Made by a program: the position numbers and the translations under genes. From Lingula anatina (Eukaryota > Animalia > Brachiopoda), in the NCBI GenBank assembly GCA_051362555.1, contig CM120642.1, positions 14,136,001 through 14,200,000 of the forward strand: a DNA stretch of 64,000 bases, in the 5' to 3' direction. This document shows positions 28,431 through 43,539 of the stretch, piece after piece. The notes beneath the pieces were generated by a model, which was given only the letters and a program-made list of their open reading frames with translations, was not told where the DNA came from and searched no databases. Each line of letters starts with the position of its first letter. The first letter of the stretch is position 1.

Positions 28431-31400
28431 CGCATGAACACAAACTCACCACCTACAAAAAAAAAAAAAAAAAAGCTTTAGTGGACCGAAGAACTTCTTA
28501 ATCATCATGGGCTGGAGGAGGGGGGGGGGAGGTCCATGGATGGGGTAAATTTTCTGCTAGGGTTGCTTTGATGAATAAAAGTGGTGATGAAACAACTCAC
28601 TACTAGCACATGTGGATAACAACATAAATGAGGATTTGAGGTGTTGATTATTTATTGTCATCCATGAAGGAAATTGTGAAGTGGTACACACCTTTAATTT
28701 AGAAAGAAATGTGTCCATAAAACTGTTCTGAGAGAAAGTGAGATCAGCACATAGTTAACTTAAGGTGGATAGCAATTTAAAGTTATTTTATGGTTTATTA
28801 ATAACTTTACTATTATCAGAAAACCACTTTAAGTCAACATATCATGCGGGCACATGGTATTCTGAAATCGTATGCTCTGTTGTACTGTGTCAGTGCGCAA
28901 GAAATTCAAACTTGTGGGAAAATATTCCATTTGTGCTTTATCTCTGTGACATGGTGTTCTGGGTGTGATATGAATCTCAATGTAGCAAGAATAGATGGGC
29001 AAACGTTTGATATTTTCTTGACGCAAACGGAGGCTAAATGTGAATCCCATGACCATGTAGCTGCCTCGCATGGTGTAAGAAAACATCCCATGTGCTAGCA
29101 GTTACACCACGTGGTGAGCATCTTTATAGAAAACAGTCATAAAATGATTAGGACCACTTTTTTAGACCTGGCAGGCGGTGCATAAGTACTACCCTGAGTT
29201 TCATGGTTGTTCATTCTCTATTTTCTGAGATGCCTAAATTAGATTGAATGAACTAGTTTACTGGTCAAAAGGTTTGTAGGCTTTGAGTTTCCAAAAGCAC
29301 AGTAACAGTAACGCTACTGCATCTTCCTTGAAAGAAAAAAGTCATCTTATTTGTGACAAAATTCAACAAAATTCAACACTTAAGACTAGTTTGGTAAAGG
29401 AACAATTGGTGATACTTAAACAATATACTGTTTGGACATTCTCTCTGAAGGGATTCCAGATAATTCCTCTGTTGCAGATAGAATGTTCTAATAATGTACA
29501 ATTTGATTTTAAGCAAAAGTAACATCTTAAAATTGTAGGAAGATTAATTGTGTGGAGCCAGTGTTTTGATCTGAATCCTTATGTAGGAAGAGGTGATGTT
29601 AATTTTGTATTTGAATTTCTGTTTTGACTGCCAGGTTTGAAACTCTTGAAAAAGTCTTTATTATGGACTCCTGCAGCAGGACTTTGAAAGGTTGTGTCTG
29701 CATATTATAATCAAATTATGTGAATAACATGCATTTTTTTTTGTTTTGTTTTGGGGCATTTCAAAATAATATCAGAAATATAATGATTGAGGCCCTCTTA
29801 ATGCGCCTTGTAGCTATCGAAAAATGATTCCATTAAACATTAGCCTCCAAACTCAAAATCAGGCACCAAAAGCAGTCTCACATTTTTCCATGCATTGTAC
29901 AAGGGTTTATAGAAACTTGAAAGCAGAGAAAGCTTAGGTCACTGTGAAATTCAGGGTAAAAAGTACAAACAAAAACCTAGAACAGCTTTGAAAATACACT
30001 AGAGAATTGCAGAGCTGGACTAAATCTGGCAGCACTTTTTCTTTACAATATTTTTCTACAAGACACAATGGTAAAAATATTGTTTGTGCTCAGATATCAT
30101 GACAATTTGGCAGGCAAAAGAACCCAACAGAATTATGGATATCCAGAATAATATGTAATTAAAAATGTGTGTTTAACATAGTGATATCAAAATGGCCTAT
30201 GCCATTTCAAAAAGTATTTTGTGGCAAACAGGGAATATTGATAAAATCATGGTCCACTGAATGTGGGCTGAAGATGCATGTACTTGTTGATGCTCTGCTG
30301 CTACTTGACTATCCCATAGTAAATAAGAACAAAAATGAAATAAAATTGAAATTTATTTGCAGACATAATAAATTTGCTTCAAAATACAACAGATTCAACA
30401 GGTACATATAAGACTACAAACGCCATCAAATTACAAATATTACAAATCACAAGTTTTCCAAGTCAATTTGTGGATACAATTCAATTAAGCATGATCAATA
30501 ATACAAATAAGCATTAAATACCAAGCACCTTTCACTTCAACGTGCCACACTAGTCGTGATCTTTCATTTCAAGTTTGTTCTTCCAGTTGTTGGGCTTGGC
30601 ATATTATATGTACATGTTTCAACTCTCTTATTCATCTAAGTAGTTTAAATTCAAACACATTTCTAACACCTGTATACCCAAACCTGCTCTGAAATGAGAA
30701 CTAACTTTCTCCACAGTCACATTACAGACGGGGAAATGGGAAAGTCTCGATTGCAAGGCACCCTGCAATCTCTCCCTGCCATAAAAATATCAATTTCTAA
30801 ATTTGATTCTATATAAATTGACTTATCAAAGTATACATGTTTTTGTATCCTCCTTGCTGTGCATGTACTCTAAGGTTTCATGTTTCCCATGCCCCTAGCC
30901 CAGTGTGTTACAAAACTGGAAATAACCCCTGCTTAATCTTGAATAAAAAAAACAACATCAGGCCTACACTTTGCAGTGCAACTTAACTTTTCTTATTCGG
31001 TTCTTAAAGGAAAAATTTCTAATGCCATTTTACAGAGAGTGACAGAGAAAGGGGGAAGGTTATACCACACTATGACAGTTAAAACACATGCCATTTGCAT
31101 ACATGCAAATTGCAATGGGCTTCAAGCAATGAATTATATCTATATGTTAAAAACTACTTGTATTCTTTAAGCTAAAAATGTTGATCAAAGTATATTTGCT
31201 GTCTTAGAGCACAGAAAGCCAATTTTAGTCCTCATTTTCTATTTTCTCCTTTTTTCATGAAAAGTGGGCCCAGATAGTAATCATTAAGTTCATCACAGCA
31301 TTTTACCTGAATATCCTGTTTACGCAGCCCAGCCTGATTAATCAACCACCTTACTTTATTTTGCGTTCAATTTTTTTTTCGCTAGTAGATGTCAATCATT

Positions 31401-34400
31401 CCTGTAATGCTTACACCTGACACTAGGGCGCAGAACCAAGATATTGGTTTCTTGGCAAAGTATAAATAACTACCCCTTCATAAATCAAAAACTACACTTT
31501 TCAATGCTCCACCGAAATAACTATTTTTTAAATAACAAAGAGAATGACAGAAGTACTCAAAATCAATTAACTCAATTATTATTGATGCTTTCTTTCCAAT
31601 TCACCAGAACCAAATTATTAATTAGTGAGCATTAGAACATCCACCATCTACTAAAAAGTCTGCCCCTATCGCAAGGTAAATATCACAATCAGAGCACTAA
31701 CCTTAATGAAAGTTGGTAGCACTAACCTGTGTGATATCTATATTTGAAGTGCCCTCAGTCACTCACCTGAATTTCCTCTTGTCTGATAATATCATCAAGA
31801 AAATGTTGAGAAAACAGACAAAGATAACTCTGAAAAGGGCAGCCTGTTCAACTTCAGTGTATCCCATAATATTATTTCAAGTGTCAGCCGACATCCTGAC
31901 AAGGCTGACGATTCCACATACCTTCACATATTTGAGGTACAAATTAAGTACTTGGGTGAAAGTTGACAAAACTGAAAATCCTGAAAATGTAGCTTGAAAT
32001 TTCTCATCGCATTTAGACTATATGAAAAAAAAAAAATGATTAAAATGAAGACTGAAAAATTCTGAAATCGGGCATAATCCTGAAAACTTTCACCCATGTA
32101 TTAGAAACTGATTACTGATTTTTCTGTTGTTTCTCTTTCATAAAATAACATTGAGAGTTTCCATGCAATCAACCTTTTCAAATTATGGAAATATCAAATT
32201 TATGCACCTTTTATTCAGTTGAGGGATAAGACGTATCTTTATTTTTGTTCTGACTCGATAAATTGATGTCTACAAAACTAAGACAAAAAACATTTGAAAC
32301 TAATTCAAAATAATAAAAATCTTTAAAATGTCATAAACAATAAACCAGGTCAACTGAAACAGAAAAGAAACAGAAATAAAATAGAAAGATCAGATTACGA
32401 AGACATAAAATCCAGTGCTATGTTATTACATATGGACATGAAACCCAAGGCCATGCCAAAGATTTGCTGTAGACACTGGCTTTATTACTATTTCCTAAAT
32501 TAACTTTCTTCAACAACATTTCCTGTTTACTCTGCAGATATTGACGGCACTCTGATAAGAAGGTAGATAACCAGGCTATCAAAGCGTGGGAGGACACCTG
32601 GAGCATTCAGCCTCAGTTAACCTTTCAGGAACAAATACTTAAAAGTAGAATAAGGCGCCTTTTTAAAATACTCATCTTGTCTCAGAAAATAATGGAATCG
32701 TCTTTGATCTAAGCAAGATTGTCCTCTGTAATTTTGATTTAAATTTCTTTTGTTATTTATGTATATTTTACAGACTAAAATTACAGGGGAAAAGGAGAAA
32801 AAAATAACAACAGGAAAAGTAAAAAAAATGTTAGGGACAGCCTGTCAGTTCAGACAAAGATAGAGAGTTACCACAGGTTATGCTGTGCAAAGTGCAAAGA
32901 AAAGCATGAAAACACCCTCTATTATGACATGAAAATAACTTAATTCAAAAGGGGGTCCTTTTGAACAACACCCCCCCCCCCTTGGGACATGTTACAGGGT
33001 TTTAGCAAAACCTCTGCCTATATCAGGCCTCAAATGATAATTGTGATCTCAAGCCAAGGGTTTGTACTGGCAAATGCCAAATTAAGACTAAACGTCTATT
33101 TTATTTATCAGACCTGTCTGTGGAAAGTCTGCAATTCATGGTCCTTCTGGTTATTTTATTTATTTGCTTCAATTCAGTTTCTCATTATATTTTTTTCTCT
33201 GACCATAGCTTCTATGAACAGGTACGTAATCTGAAATAAGACCACATCGTTGCACTAACATCTTTCCCAGCATCTGAGCTTTTGGCAAAGGAATTTTAGT
33301 GCATCTTATATCATAATTAGGAGTATCAATGATATTTTTTCATCTTTTTCCATTATTATGTCCTGCAATGCCATTTGTAACATCTGGTATCTCCATAGAT
33401 AGTCCGGGGCAGTGTATGTCAGAGGCCACCTTTGTCTGGTGTAGAAATAGCTTCATCAGCCATGTACAAGACAAGAAAGTATTTTCATCAGGAAAAAGCC
33501 GTCAAGAGAGACCTTTCTTTACTGATAAGACTGTTACTTTTTTACCACATCCATATTCTTTTGGCATTCAGTTGTAAAGGTCTGTTGTCTTTGTATTTGC
33601 ATGCACTGGGCATACATAGTCATCATCCACTGACAAATATTCAGATGTGCACACAAATTAACATCTTTTAATCATATAATTTGTGTGTGTGTGTGTGTGT
33701 GTGTTTCACAGAAATAATAAAACTTCTTTCATATTAAAGGTTATTCGAAAAACAAAATTTTCTTTAGTTTAAAGTAAATGCAGTTTCCCTTAATAGTTAA
33801 CCAAAAGTATGTAAACTGGCAGATGCTTTGGTCTCCTAAATTTTACTTGAATGACATATCTGAGAAAGTGGACACCTTATTAACAAAATTCAAGGTCATT
33901 TCTACAGCGATTTTCTGTCATTTCAGTGATTTATGCCATTTAAGTTATCGAATGAAATATGAGACAGGTCTATTTGATGTTGAAGGAAAATAAAAACACT
34001 GGAAAAAACGGAAGTTCTAACTTGACTTTTGTGCTTGGGTAGTAGTGTGGGAAAAATACACACTGCTACAGCATGCAGCTGACATCCAGTTAAAAAATTT
34101 ACTCTCATGTTACACAAAATTTTGATTGACGCTTTTGTAAGCTCCCTCTCCGATTTCAGGCTAACACCACATTTTTCAAAGACAAGTATCACACTTAGCT
34201 AAGTATAAAGTGTGAACCACCTAGACCACTTCATTGGTTAAAAACAAAGCCAATCAAAAGCAGCAGTTTCCAATAATTCTCTACCAAACACTCTCCTCAG
34301 TGCCAGGATGCAATCTTGAGATCTCCATTTGGATTGGCTCTTAAAGTCGGGGTAAGAGACCCAGCCTCACCCCAAATTACACCTTACAGCCGTTCTTTCC

Positions 34401-37400
34401 TACCTGCCAAGACTGGCCTGTCAACTTAAATCTGTGTTGTAGTTAAGTTTCATTGAGTTGACATTCCCTCCCACGAACATAGTGAAAGGGTTTTTACTTG
34501 ATCCTTTTTTATCCTCTGTCCAACCTCCCCTAGGTGTGGGATTCATGTAGGTCAACAATACAGAGTAATACCAGCAATATATCTCCAAATCAATTTGCCG
34601 AAGACAAGACAATATTTCAAAATTAGAATGACATGTTACGGATCATGACAAGAATTTAATGCTTATTAAAAATATTGTAGATTATCAAATTATGAATTGG
34701 GCTTCTGTACTAATTTGTCTTTTTGTGCTGTTTTGATTGTAATGTAGAAACAAATTAATTGTAATTCCTTGAATATAAAACACAATACGAAAAGTATGTC
34801 ATTCTCTTTTACATCTCGAATATTTCACGCATTGTATGAATGAATGTTTTTAAAATACAAAATACAGCTTCTCCTCCACGGCATTTCTCTTCTTGTATTA
34901 TGTGTAGCATTGAAGCAAATAAGAAAAAAAACCCAAAATGTTCATTCACAATTTCATGTATTCAACTTTGAACTATAATGAGGTTATTTGTTATAATCTG
35001 ACAAATTTAACAAGTCTATAGATAAGATTTTCAGACTTCACCAACTTCCTGGGTTATTAAAGCCAAAATTAATTGTAGGGGGACTTCTGGTCTGACCTAT
35101 GATTTCAAGCAAAAGTCCTTTACCCCTTGAGCTTTCCCAACAGAAGTCGGCTTATCCATGAGCAAGTATCAATCAAATAAGATTAGATCTAAGACTTATT
35201 TCAGATGTCCCCCAAGGTGTAAGAAATCCCTTCCCTACACAGTATCAAATCTGCTTGACAAAATTCCCAATCAATTTTCAATTAAAACTGTTTGAGATGC
35301 CCATACTGGTGCACCAAATCCTCTCAGATGCCAAATTACAAAATCTGCTTTGATGCAGTATAACCCTAACTTCCGTTCCCGTCTGTGACATATGGACTCC
35401 CCTGTATATTGGCTGAGTCTACTCTTATATCAATAAAGGGGTCCACAGATCCTGTCACTTGAAGGCAACAATTAGCCAGCCTAGAACTCTTCTCTTCATG
35501 TTAAGTTGCACAAAACTATTGTTTTTCATCAAATCAAAGCTTTGTTCCTTTCCGCCTAATACAATATTAATACAATCATAATGTTTAAGAAGCAATTTGC
35601 ACATGAAGTGATCTGTGGTTAAAATTTGTGTATTTGTTCAATGATAAGTCTGTGTGGCTTATAAGTAACATTAGCTTATAGATTTCAAATGAAATTGGGT
35701 TTTAGTGTTTGTCATTGACTAGGCTTTGAATGGCCCACTTCACCAACCAATCATACTCTGTGACATGGTACAAGTTAACGGTTGGAAATTTTCAAAAGTG
35801 TAAGCTGCTTCTTTATTAATACTTTCACCCACTCACCCCCATTCTAAACCTAGGATTGAAGATTGGGTCCTAGCCTAAACTAAAAACTTTCAAAAGGGTA
35901 TTTAACAGATTTTGTATCAGTGTATGGAAACTTTCCTCCAAATATTATTGTTAAGCAGAACAAGTTAGGTCACAATATATTTAGTTTTACATCAACTTAA
36001 CAACTAACCATCAAAGAGGCAATTTGTCATTGACATATTCCGTATTACACAAACGTATTCTTTTTATTTGAAACACACAGAAGAGGTTACAGATGGCGAA
36101 GAAGACTGGTTTCATACATATACAAAGCACTGGAAATTCTGATGCATTAGATTTTTGAAATGGGCTTAAAAATTCTTTGAGTATTAATTTCTCATGTAAT
36201 ATCTGGAGCAAATTTGGGGCATGTTTCCACACACACAAATGAACGTGACAAGTGTAATATGAAGTAGGAACGAAGTAGATCTCAAACTAATGTGCTAATC
36301 ATTTTTATCACTTATAAATGAATAAATAAATAAAGTTGGAATTCTGCCATAATTTTGAAAAAAAAATCATGTCTGAGAGAGTCTATACAAGTTATACCAA
36401 CTTTTCTAAAAATAAAAATAACAAAAAGCAACTAAAACAGCCTTCTTTCCATGGGTCAGTTGATAAATTACAGAATAACAAAAAATCAACAAGATCACAT
36501 GTTCTATAGTATTTATTGATACAACAAAGCACTTCCCCTGGGTTTACAATTTGCCACTACAGGCTATATAGTCTTGTACAGTTCACGTATTGAATAGCAC
36601 GACACAGTAAACTTAGGATTATATCTCCTTATAATACCTTTGCCAGATTTGATCTCCTACATTTTACTCTTGTCATGAAGAGCACAATAAGACCACCTGT
36701 TCCATCAAACTGCCTTCTGCAAAACAGGCAGATTTAAACCTCATTCTTTTCCATTTTCAGCTCCCTTATCAAAAGCAATATTTGTGACCAGATAACATCT
36801 TGTTTTTAGTGCTATTAAACATATTCTACCAGTAATATATCAAAACTGTTGCTGCTACTAACAACATATGTTATTTGGCAAGATTATATTATTTTTCATA
36901 TTATTTAAATTATTCTTTTACCAACGTTCCACTGCCACCATCCCCCCCCCCCAAAAAAAAATAAAAATAAAAATAAAAAAAAAGAATGATATGTTATAGA
37001 CCAATTTAGTGTCTGAATAAAATTCAAAATTGAAATGAAATAATAAGCTTATACTATGACAAAAGCCTACTATAAATTGTTGTTGCAATATAATACCATC
37101 ATTAATTCAATAATTCAATTTATTTTCTAAAAACAATGTATTATCCAGAATATTTCAATGCAGAACCAATGACTAGAATTTTAACATAAACATTGCACTA
37201 TCTCCATCTATGAAGTTTACAATTTAGTGATTGATTTTTCCTATCTGTATTTGTACGTGTTTATTTGGGATATAGCCTTCAGCAAAAGTTATACTAGTAC
37301 CATTATAAAATATGAAAGAAGTTCACACAGACCCAGCACCAGGTTATTCACCACATAAATGCTCTGTACAGACAATGCAATATATTACTACATGCACTAG

Positions 37401-39472
37401 AGTACACGAGAAAAAAAATCTGTAATAACTGAAATTTTTAATATATTATCATAATTCTGGTAGCAACATTATCCATTTTATATTGTGATTACGTACATTA
37501 AAGAACCGTTGAGAAATATCTCCAATATGTTTTTGAAATAAGTCCTTTTTAATATTTCCACATTGCACCCATTCAGCTTAATCTTCAGAGCTCTGTAAAA
37601 GATCAATGGAAGAAATTTAGTCAAGTAAATACACATTAACATTTATTTGAACATCCACACCTCGCAAATATTGAATTATGAATGAATGGCTTCCTGTTGT
37701 CCATGCATCAAAACCATTCAATTTACATAGTAGCATTAAAACAGATGTGTATTTCATAAAATAATCATTACCAATTTATTTTTCATTAATATTTATCAAT
37801 TTTAATATCTAGACAGATGAGGAGAGGCAGTGGTTGAGGTTAATCCTTTCCCTATTACAAGCCTCCAGCTAAACGTTACAAAACAAATACTGCTCCACAC
37901 GACTACACTTACACCAATAAAAGCAACAGTTTTAAGCATTTTACATTCATTGCATGATATATGATATGCACTCTTTGCTCAGACCGCAAACCACAAACTT
38001 GATACAGCCTTGTTAAAAGCTGAAAAAGAAGTGTTGTTAGAACCAACTCCATTCAATGAATTATACAGACATCAAAAGTATGCAAGAATACAACACCTTC
38101 AGCACACATTACAAAGGTTCAAACAGAACAATAAAATAAAATGCAAGACAGACATTCACCGTAAGTATACCTCACCTAACAGACATTTTAAATGTGCAAC
38201 AACTGTCAATCACCATCCCAAACTTCAAAATAGCATAATCGAACTATATGAATAATAAATGAAATAAATAATCAGAGAAAAACACGATTTCATTCAGGCT
38301 ATGAAGTGATTCTTCTGAGATCAAATAATAACCAAGGTCATGATTGAGTGACTTGGTTCACCAGATCTGTATTACATAGGAAATGTGATTTTTTTTAAAC
38401 AATTCCTTTAGTTCTTCTCTACCAGAGACCAATGCTATATATCAAGCCACTGCAAACTAACACAGAAATGATGGGTCCATCATCTTTATGCCAATGTAAT
38501 TTCATATCAGTCAAATGCATTCTTTTATCTACTACCATATACTGTTGTATGAATGTCTTTTGCATACAGCACACTGTAGGCTGACAATTTCATCTAGACT
38601 GCTCAACTTGCTGATATTTATGAAAAAAGAAAAAAACATGCCATTCTTTAAATCTTGTACTTCTGCTCATAATTTGAATAAATAAAATATTGATCTATCT
38701 ATTCTATAGTAAAGAGACCTTGCAAATGGAACATTAGGGCTGAATACATCACTATCAAAACTCAAGGACTGCTTAGATAATGTACACATAAATTTCATAG
38801 AATCACGTCTCACCCAGTCATGTCACAAGGTGAAAGCTGCGTTCATTAACAAGGAAACGGAAGTTGTTAAAGTTATTGAAAGACGTACCACAATTTTTCG
38901 CACTGAATTTACCACTGGCGCACCTTGCAATTGCATTCATCAATTATTCATAACCTGTGAAATATCAGAAACCACGTTCTAGTAAATGGACCAAACATCC
39001 TGGACTTTTTCTGAGATAATTTGTAAGGATAACTTTTTAATATATAAAACTGACTGAATAAGAATTCAAAAAGTTTGCATGTCAAATGAAGTACATATGC
39101 CTCTTAAAATGACATTTTCATACACTGCAAACATAACCTTATTTTCAATAATTGGCAAAAAGTAAGAAGCAGTCAATATCAACAGAATCTTGATATGAGG
39201 TGTTTTATTAATGATAACTAGCATTTTTTGTTTTATTTGTTTTTTTTTCGTTTTCTTTAAGGTAATGGTTCTTAAAAACAGATAAGACTCGCAGACTGAC
39301 TGATTCTTAAAAGAAGACATAAACAAATAGATATTACCAGTGCCAAAGTGCATCTGCACTTTACAAGGGAAAAAAAACCCTCCAAAGCTATTTATATACA
39401 GATATAAGATAGAAGTGTTCTGGGCTTATCATTGCATTTTTTCTACATAGTAACTTGGTTGCCATTGTTAAA

Positions 39473-39507
<35 letters not shown>

Positions 39508-39989
39508 GCACACACTTGTGCACAAACACAAACTCTCACAAACTGCCCATAACAACACAATCTTAGTACGCAACAGATTATAAATATATTATGTTCACAT
39601 TTACAGAATGTTGATTGTCACGACTCACAAGGATGAGAAATGGTGAAACATATCATCTACAAAATCATACAACCATTCACTTCACAACTTTCACTTTGCA
39701 TTTCTTAGGTAAAGTAGCCAGCATCTATATTTGATAACTTTCGTAGAAAACAGTGAATCATGACAGTAAAAGCATGGTACATTAAATAAATGCTAATGAA
39801 GCTGTTCTATCTGGTAAGCTGAGCATACATCAAACCTGACAGGACTGCCAGATACATGTTGATAAAATCATACAGATAGATTTATCAGTGAAATATTTTA
39901 AGTTGGTTACCCAATTTCCTACCATGCTACCTGGATTGTATGTTATCAGGCCTTGATTAGGAGTTAATTAGGCACAGCACTCATATACC

Positions 39990-39991
<2 letters not shown>

Positions 39992-40036
<45 letters not shown>
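39992..40036. repeat. (GA)n microsatellite
   Basis: Directly visible in the sequence. Confidence 0.95.
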
Positions 40037-40039
<3 letters not shown>

Positions 40040-43000
40040 GTGAAGGAAGAAGGACAAGTGAGAACAAAAAGAGAAAGTGCGAGTTTGGGGTGGAGGATGA
40101 GAGCAATGGGAGAAAGGGGAAGGGGAAAGGAGGAAGAGAGGAGACAAAAAGAGAAAAGGGGAACAGTATGGAAGGGGATTACTTGTACATTGAATTTTCA
40201 TGCCAAATGCAAGCCCATTTCAGAAGATGATACTATTTAACAACAATCATAAGCTAACAATCACTTACTAAAACTGGCTGCTATGCCACATTAAATTGAA
40301 ATATTCAGGGATGTGTCCATTAGGCCTTGAGGTGGGGGATTATTAAAAATATCTCTTTGGGATAAAACAGTAATAATCATAATAATAAAAAAAGGAAGTA
40401 CAAAAACCAAAAAAAAACATTATTAAGTATGAAATTTTGAAAAAATTTTTTTTAATTCACCCAAGGAAAAAATACATGGAAAAAAAAAACACAAATGACC
40501 CAAGACTGAAAATATATCAATTTCATTATTCAATCCTGCAACACACATTCTCCCCAAGACCTCTAACCACAACCATCCTCAGCGATTCCAAACATAATAC
40601 AGTCCTATTTATTTTATCCTGTAACCCAACTAATCAACTTTGTTCGACCTAAACCATAGATTCCGCGCTCTACCGTTTCCCACACCTGGACCCATCCTAG
40701 CCCTGCCAATCTTTTCAAAGATAGCGCAGAGCTTTCTGCTCGAGTAAGCAATGTGGAGGCTGTCAGCTATGCGCAGCCCGAGCTATCGTCAGGGGTCAGA
40801 GGACGTCTTACACAGACAGGAAGTATGGTCGGGTTGGGGGCAGTCCCTATTGTGTTTGAGCTGTCAGACTCTCAGCTGACTGGACACGCACATCGGTGCA
40901 CAGTAATAATACCATTGAGGGAACGGTTCATGAGATTTGATGAGATTTTGTGTTTGTTACAAACAAATGTCAGTGATAGAGCTCAGGTTCAGTATGTGCT
41001 GATCACAAGCAATATGCTGCAAAAACAGCACTTTCGTACTTGGAATCACTTTTATAACTTTGTGATGAAGTTGAATCAAATTCTACTTTTCCTGCATCTA
41101 ATTACGATGCAGAAATAATATAAAAGCTTTTATTCCCCATTTCTTACTTTGTACACTAAAACATCTTTACTACTTAAACATTTGAATCCTGACTTTTCAC
41201 AGCCATTTTCCCTTACACAAAATAGTGCATCAAAGTTTTACCCATTCAATGCAACATCAGAGACTTCCTACTACCTGTATACGTCTTACACTGTCACACA
41301 GAGTCCAGGGATAGTATTTCACAGTCTAACAATGTCATGAAATGACCCCTTGATAGATCTGAGGGCTTTTACAACTACCCAGTGAAGCATGCAACTGAAA
41401 ACAAACCTCTCTAATCCCCCATCCTCTTACTTCCTGCGTGTGACCCTATGGCTCGGGAGTTTTTCCTTTGGGAAAGGTGCAGTTGTTTACCTGTTTGGCT
41501 AGAGATTGGCCATGCAAAATAAACAAAACTGAACACACCTGAGCACCATAATTGCTGGTTTGTGAATGAGAGGCCTCTGTTTAATATGACAGGTCAATGG
41601 AATGATGGGGAATGTTCAATTTGTTCCCATGTGTTATGTCAGACTTTCTTCCACTTCTTTGCTGTATCATCGGGATTGCCATCCATGAAATGTGTAGATT
41701 TTCTGTTAAACATGTTACAATTAAACAAACAACTTTTAATAAATCGTGGCTGATTAGATATCTGTCTGACAAAAACATGAAAATTCACTGATATGTGAGG
41801 AAATAGCAATCAAATGCATGATTATGTACAAGTATTTGGTTAGTGTCAATCATGTTGGAGTTTTATAATAATCTCTGTCATGGCAATTACTCATAAATTA
41901 GAAACATTTTACTTATTCTGATATATTTTCCCCCAATATTTTGAAATTAATTTCCTCACAAAAACTTTCCTTTTGACATTTAGCTAATTTATCTTAGGCT
42001 TTACTAAAAGAACACTGCTTTTAGAAATATGACTTTTTAAATATTTGGGAGGAATAAGGGTCCTAAATTTGGAACATTTTGTCAAAGACAAAGGGTTGTG
42101 AAACCAAAGTAAAACAGAGTTCACCTAACACTAGCTGAACACACAGAGTAAGAAATTGTAGATGACAGAAATGTGAAATACTTCACACCACTCAATGAAA
42201 AATCTTCTCATTTTTCTTTTAGTCACAACTTCTAACATAAATCTCAAAATGACAAGAGGCATTCAAAGCATAAGAAGTGTTCAGTGAGAGGCATTTCTGG
42301 AATACAAAGTACTTGCATACAGAAATACATGAGAAGCATTCTAATCTAATGGAAGACTGGAAATCCAGCTGAAGGTTAAACCCAATAACCACTGCACTTT
42401 GATAAAATGATATCAAGCACAAATTAGCCTAGTTACAGACACACTATGTGGCGACTGATTCATATCACAGAAATATTTTGACAGCTTGAGAACTCATATG
42501 AGTTGGAATGAGGAAGGAGCCAATGAGCCATTACCATATTTCAGTCACCATGCCATGGCAAGCGCAACCATGATGGTTTCAGTGGCGTTTGGCACAATCA
42601 TCTGACACAACCGCATCTCATCTAACACATTTACCAGCACATTTATCTGTTTTCAAATTGCACCAAGGATACAGAAAGATTAACAGTGGAAAAAGGTTTT
42701 AACTACTCTATTTATAAGGCCATGACAAAAAAATGTAGCAGTTTTATTATTTCATTTTTATACAAAGAGAAAATGTTATATTCTATGCATCAAAAAGCTG
42801 GTACATCCAAACACATGTATCAAGCAATGTGTGACCACAAACACATTCTGCAAAAGCTGTTATTTCATTGTTACAAGCATGCATTATATATCCTATATGG
42901 CATTGCTGGTATTGACAGCAGAACAGACATAGGGAAACTTCTGGAGATACCAAAGGTCTGGAAGACCTGCACTACAAGTAGAAATCTACAGGTTTGTCAA

Positions 43001-43050
43001 TTCTGTGATGGTCTGAACTAAGTACTTCCAGTAGTCTATGTTAACATGTA

Positions 43051-43052
<2 letters not shown>

Positions 43053-43110
<58 letters not shown>
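43053..43110. repeat. (TTA)n microsatellite
   Basis: Directly visible in the sequence. Confidence 0.95.
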
Positions 43111-43539
43111 GTATTTTCACATAGACCTTGCCAGTCCAGTCAAATTTTAAGTGATTGTGACCTGTCAGGCAGGTAGTTTCCCCATGAATGCAACAGAAAT
43201 GGGCATTTGTTAATATATGTGACCACAACCTAACTTATGACAGACGTTTCTGCTTGGTACATGTCAGCATATATAACATATGTCAATTGCTTGATGATAT
43301 GTTACACTTTGATCCATGATAATAAAAGTGAATAACAAGTTATTTGGCTAAACAGAAAATGTATAAATAAAAAATAAACTTGAGATAAATGTTAGAGTGA
43401 TTCTAAGGCTGTGCAACATGAATAACCACAGACATAAAAATACTTACTTCAGCTGGGGAAAAAAGTAAATAAGAAAATACCTGTAACTATTTAACACAGC
43501 ATTTATAAACATTATGCAACTGATAGGGCAATGCTTACC

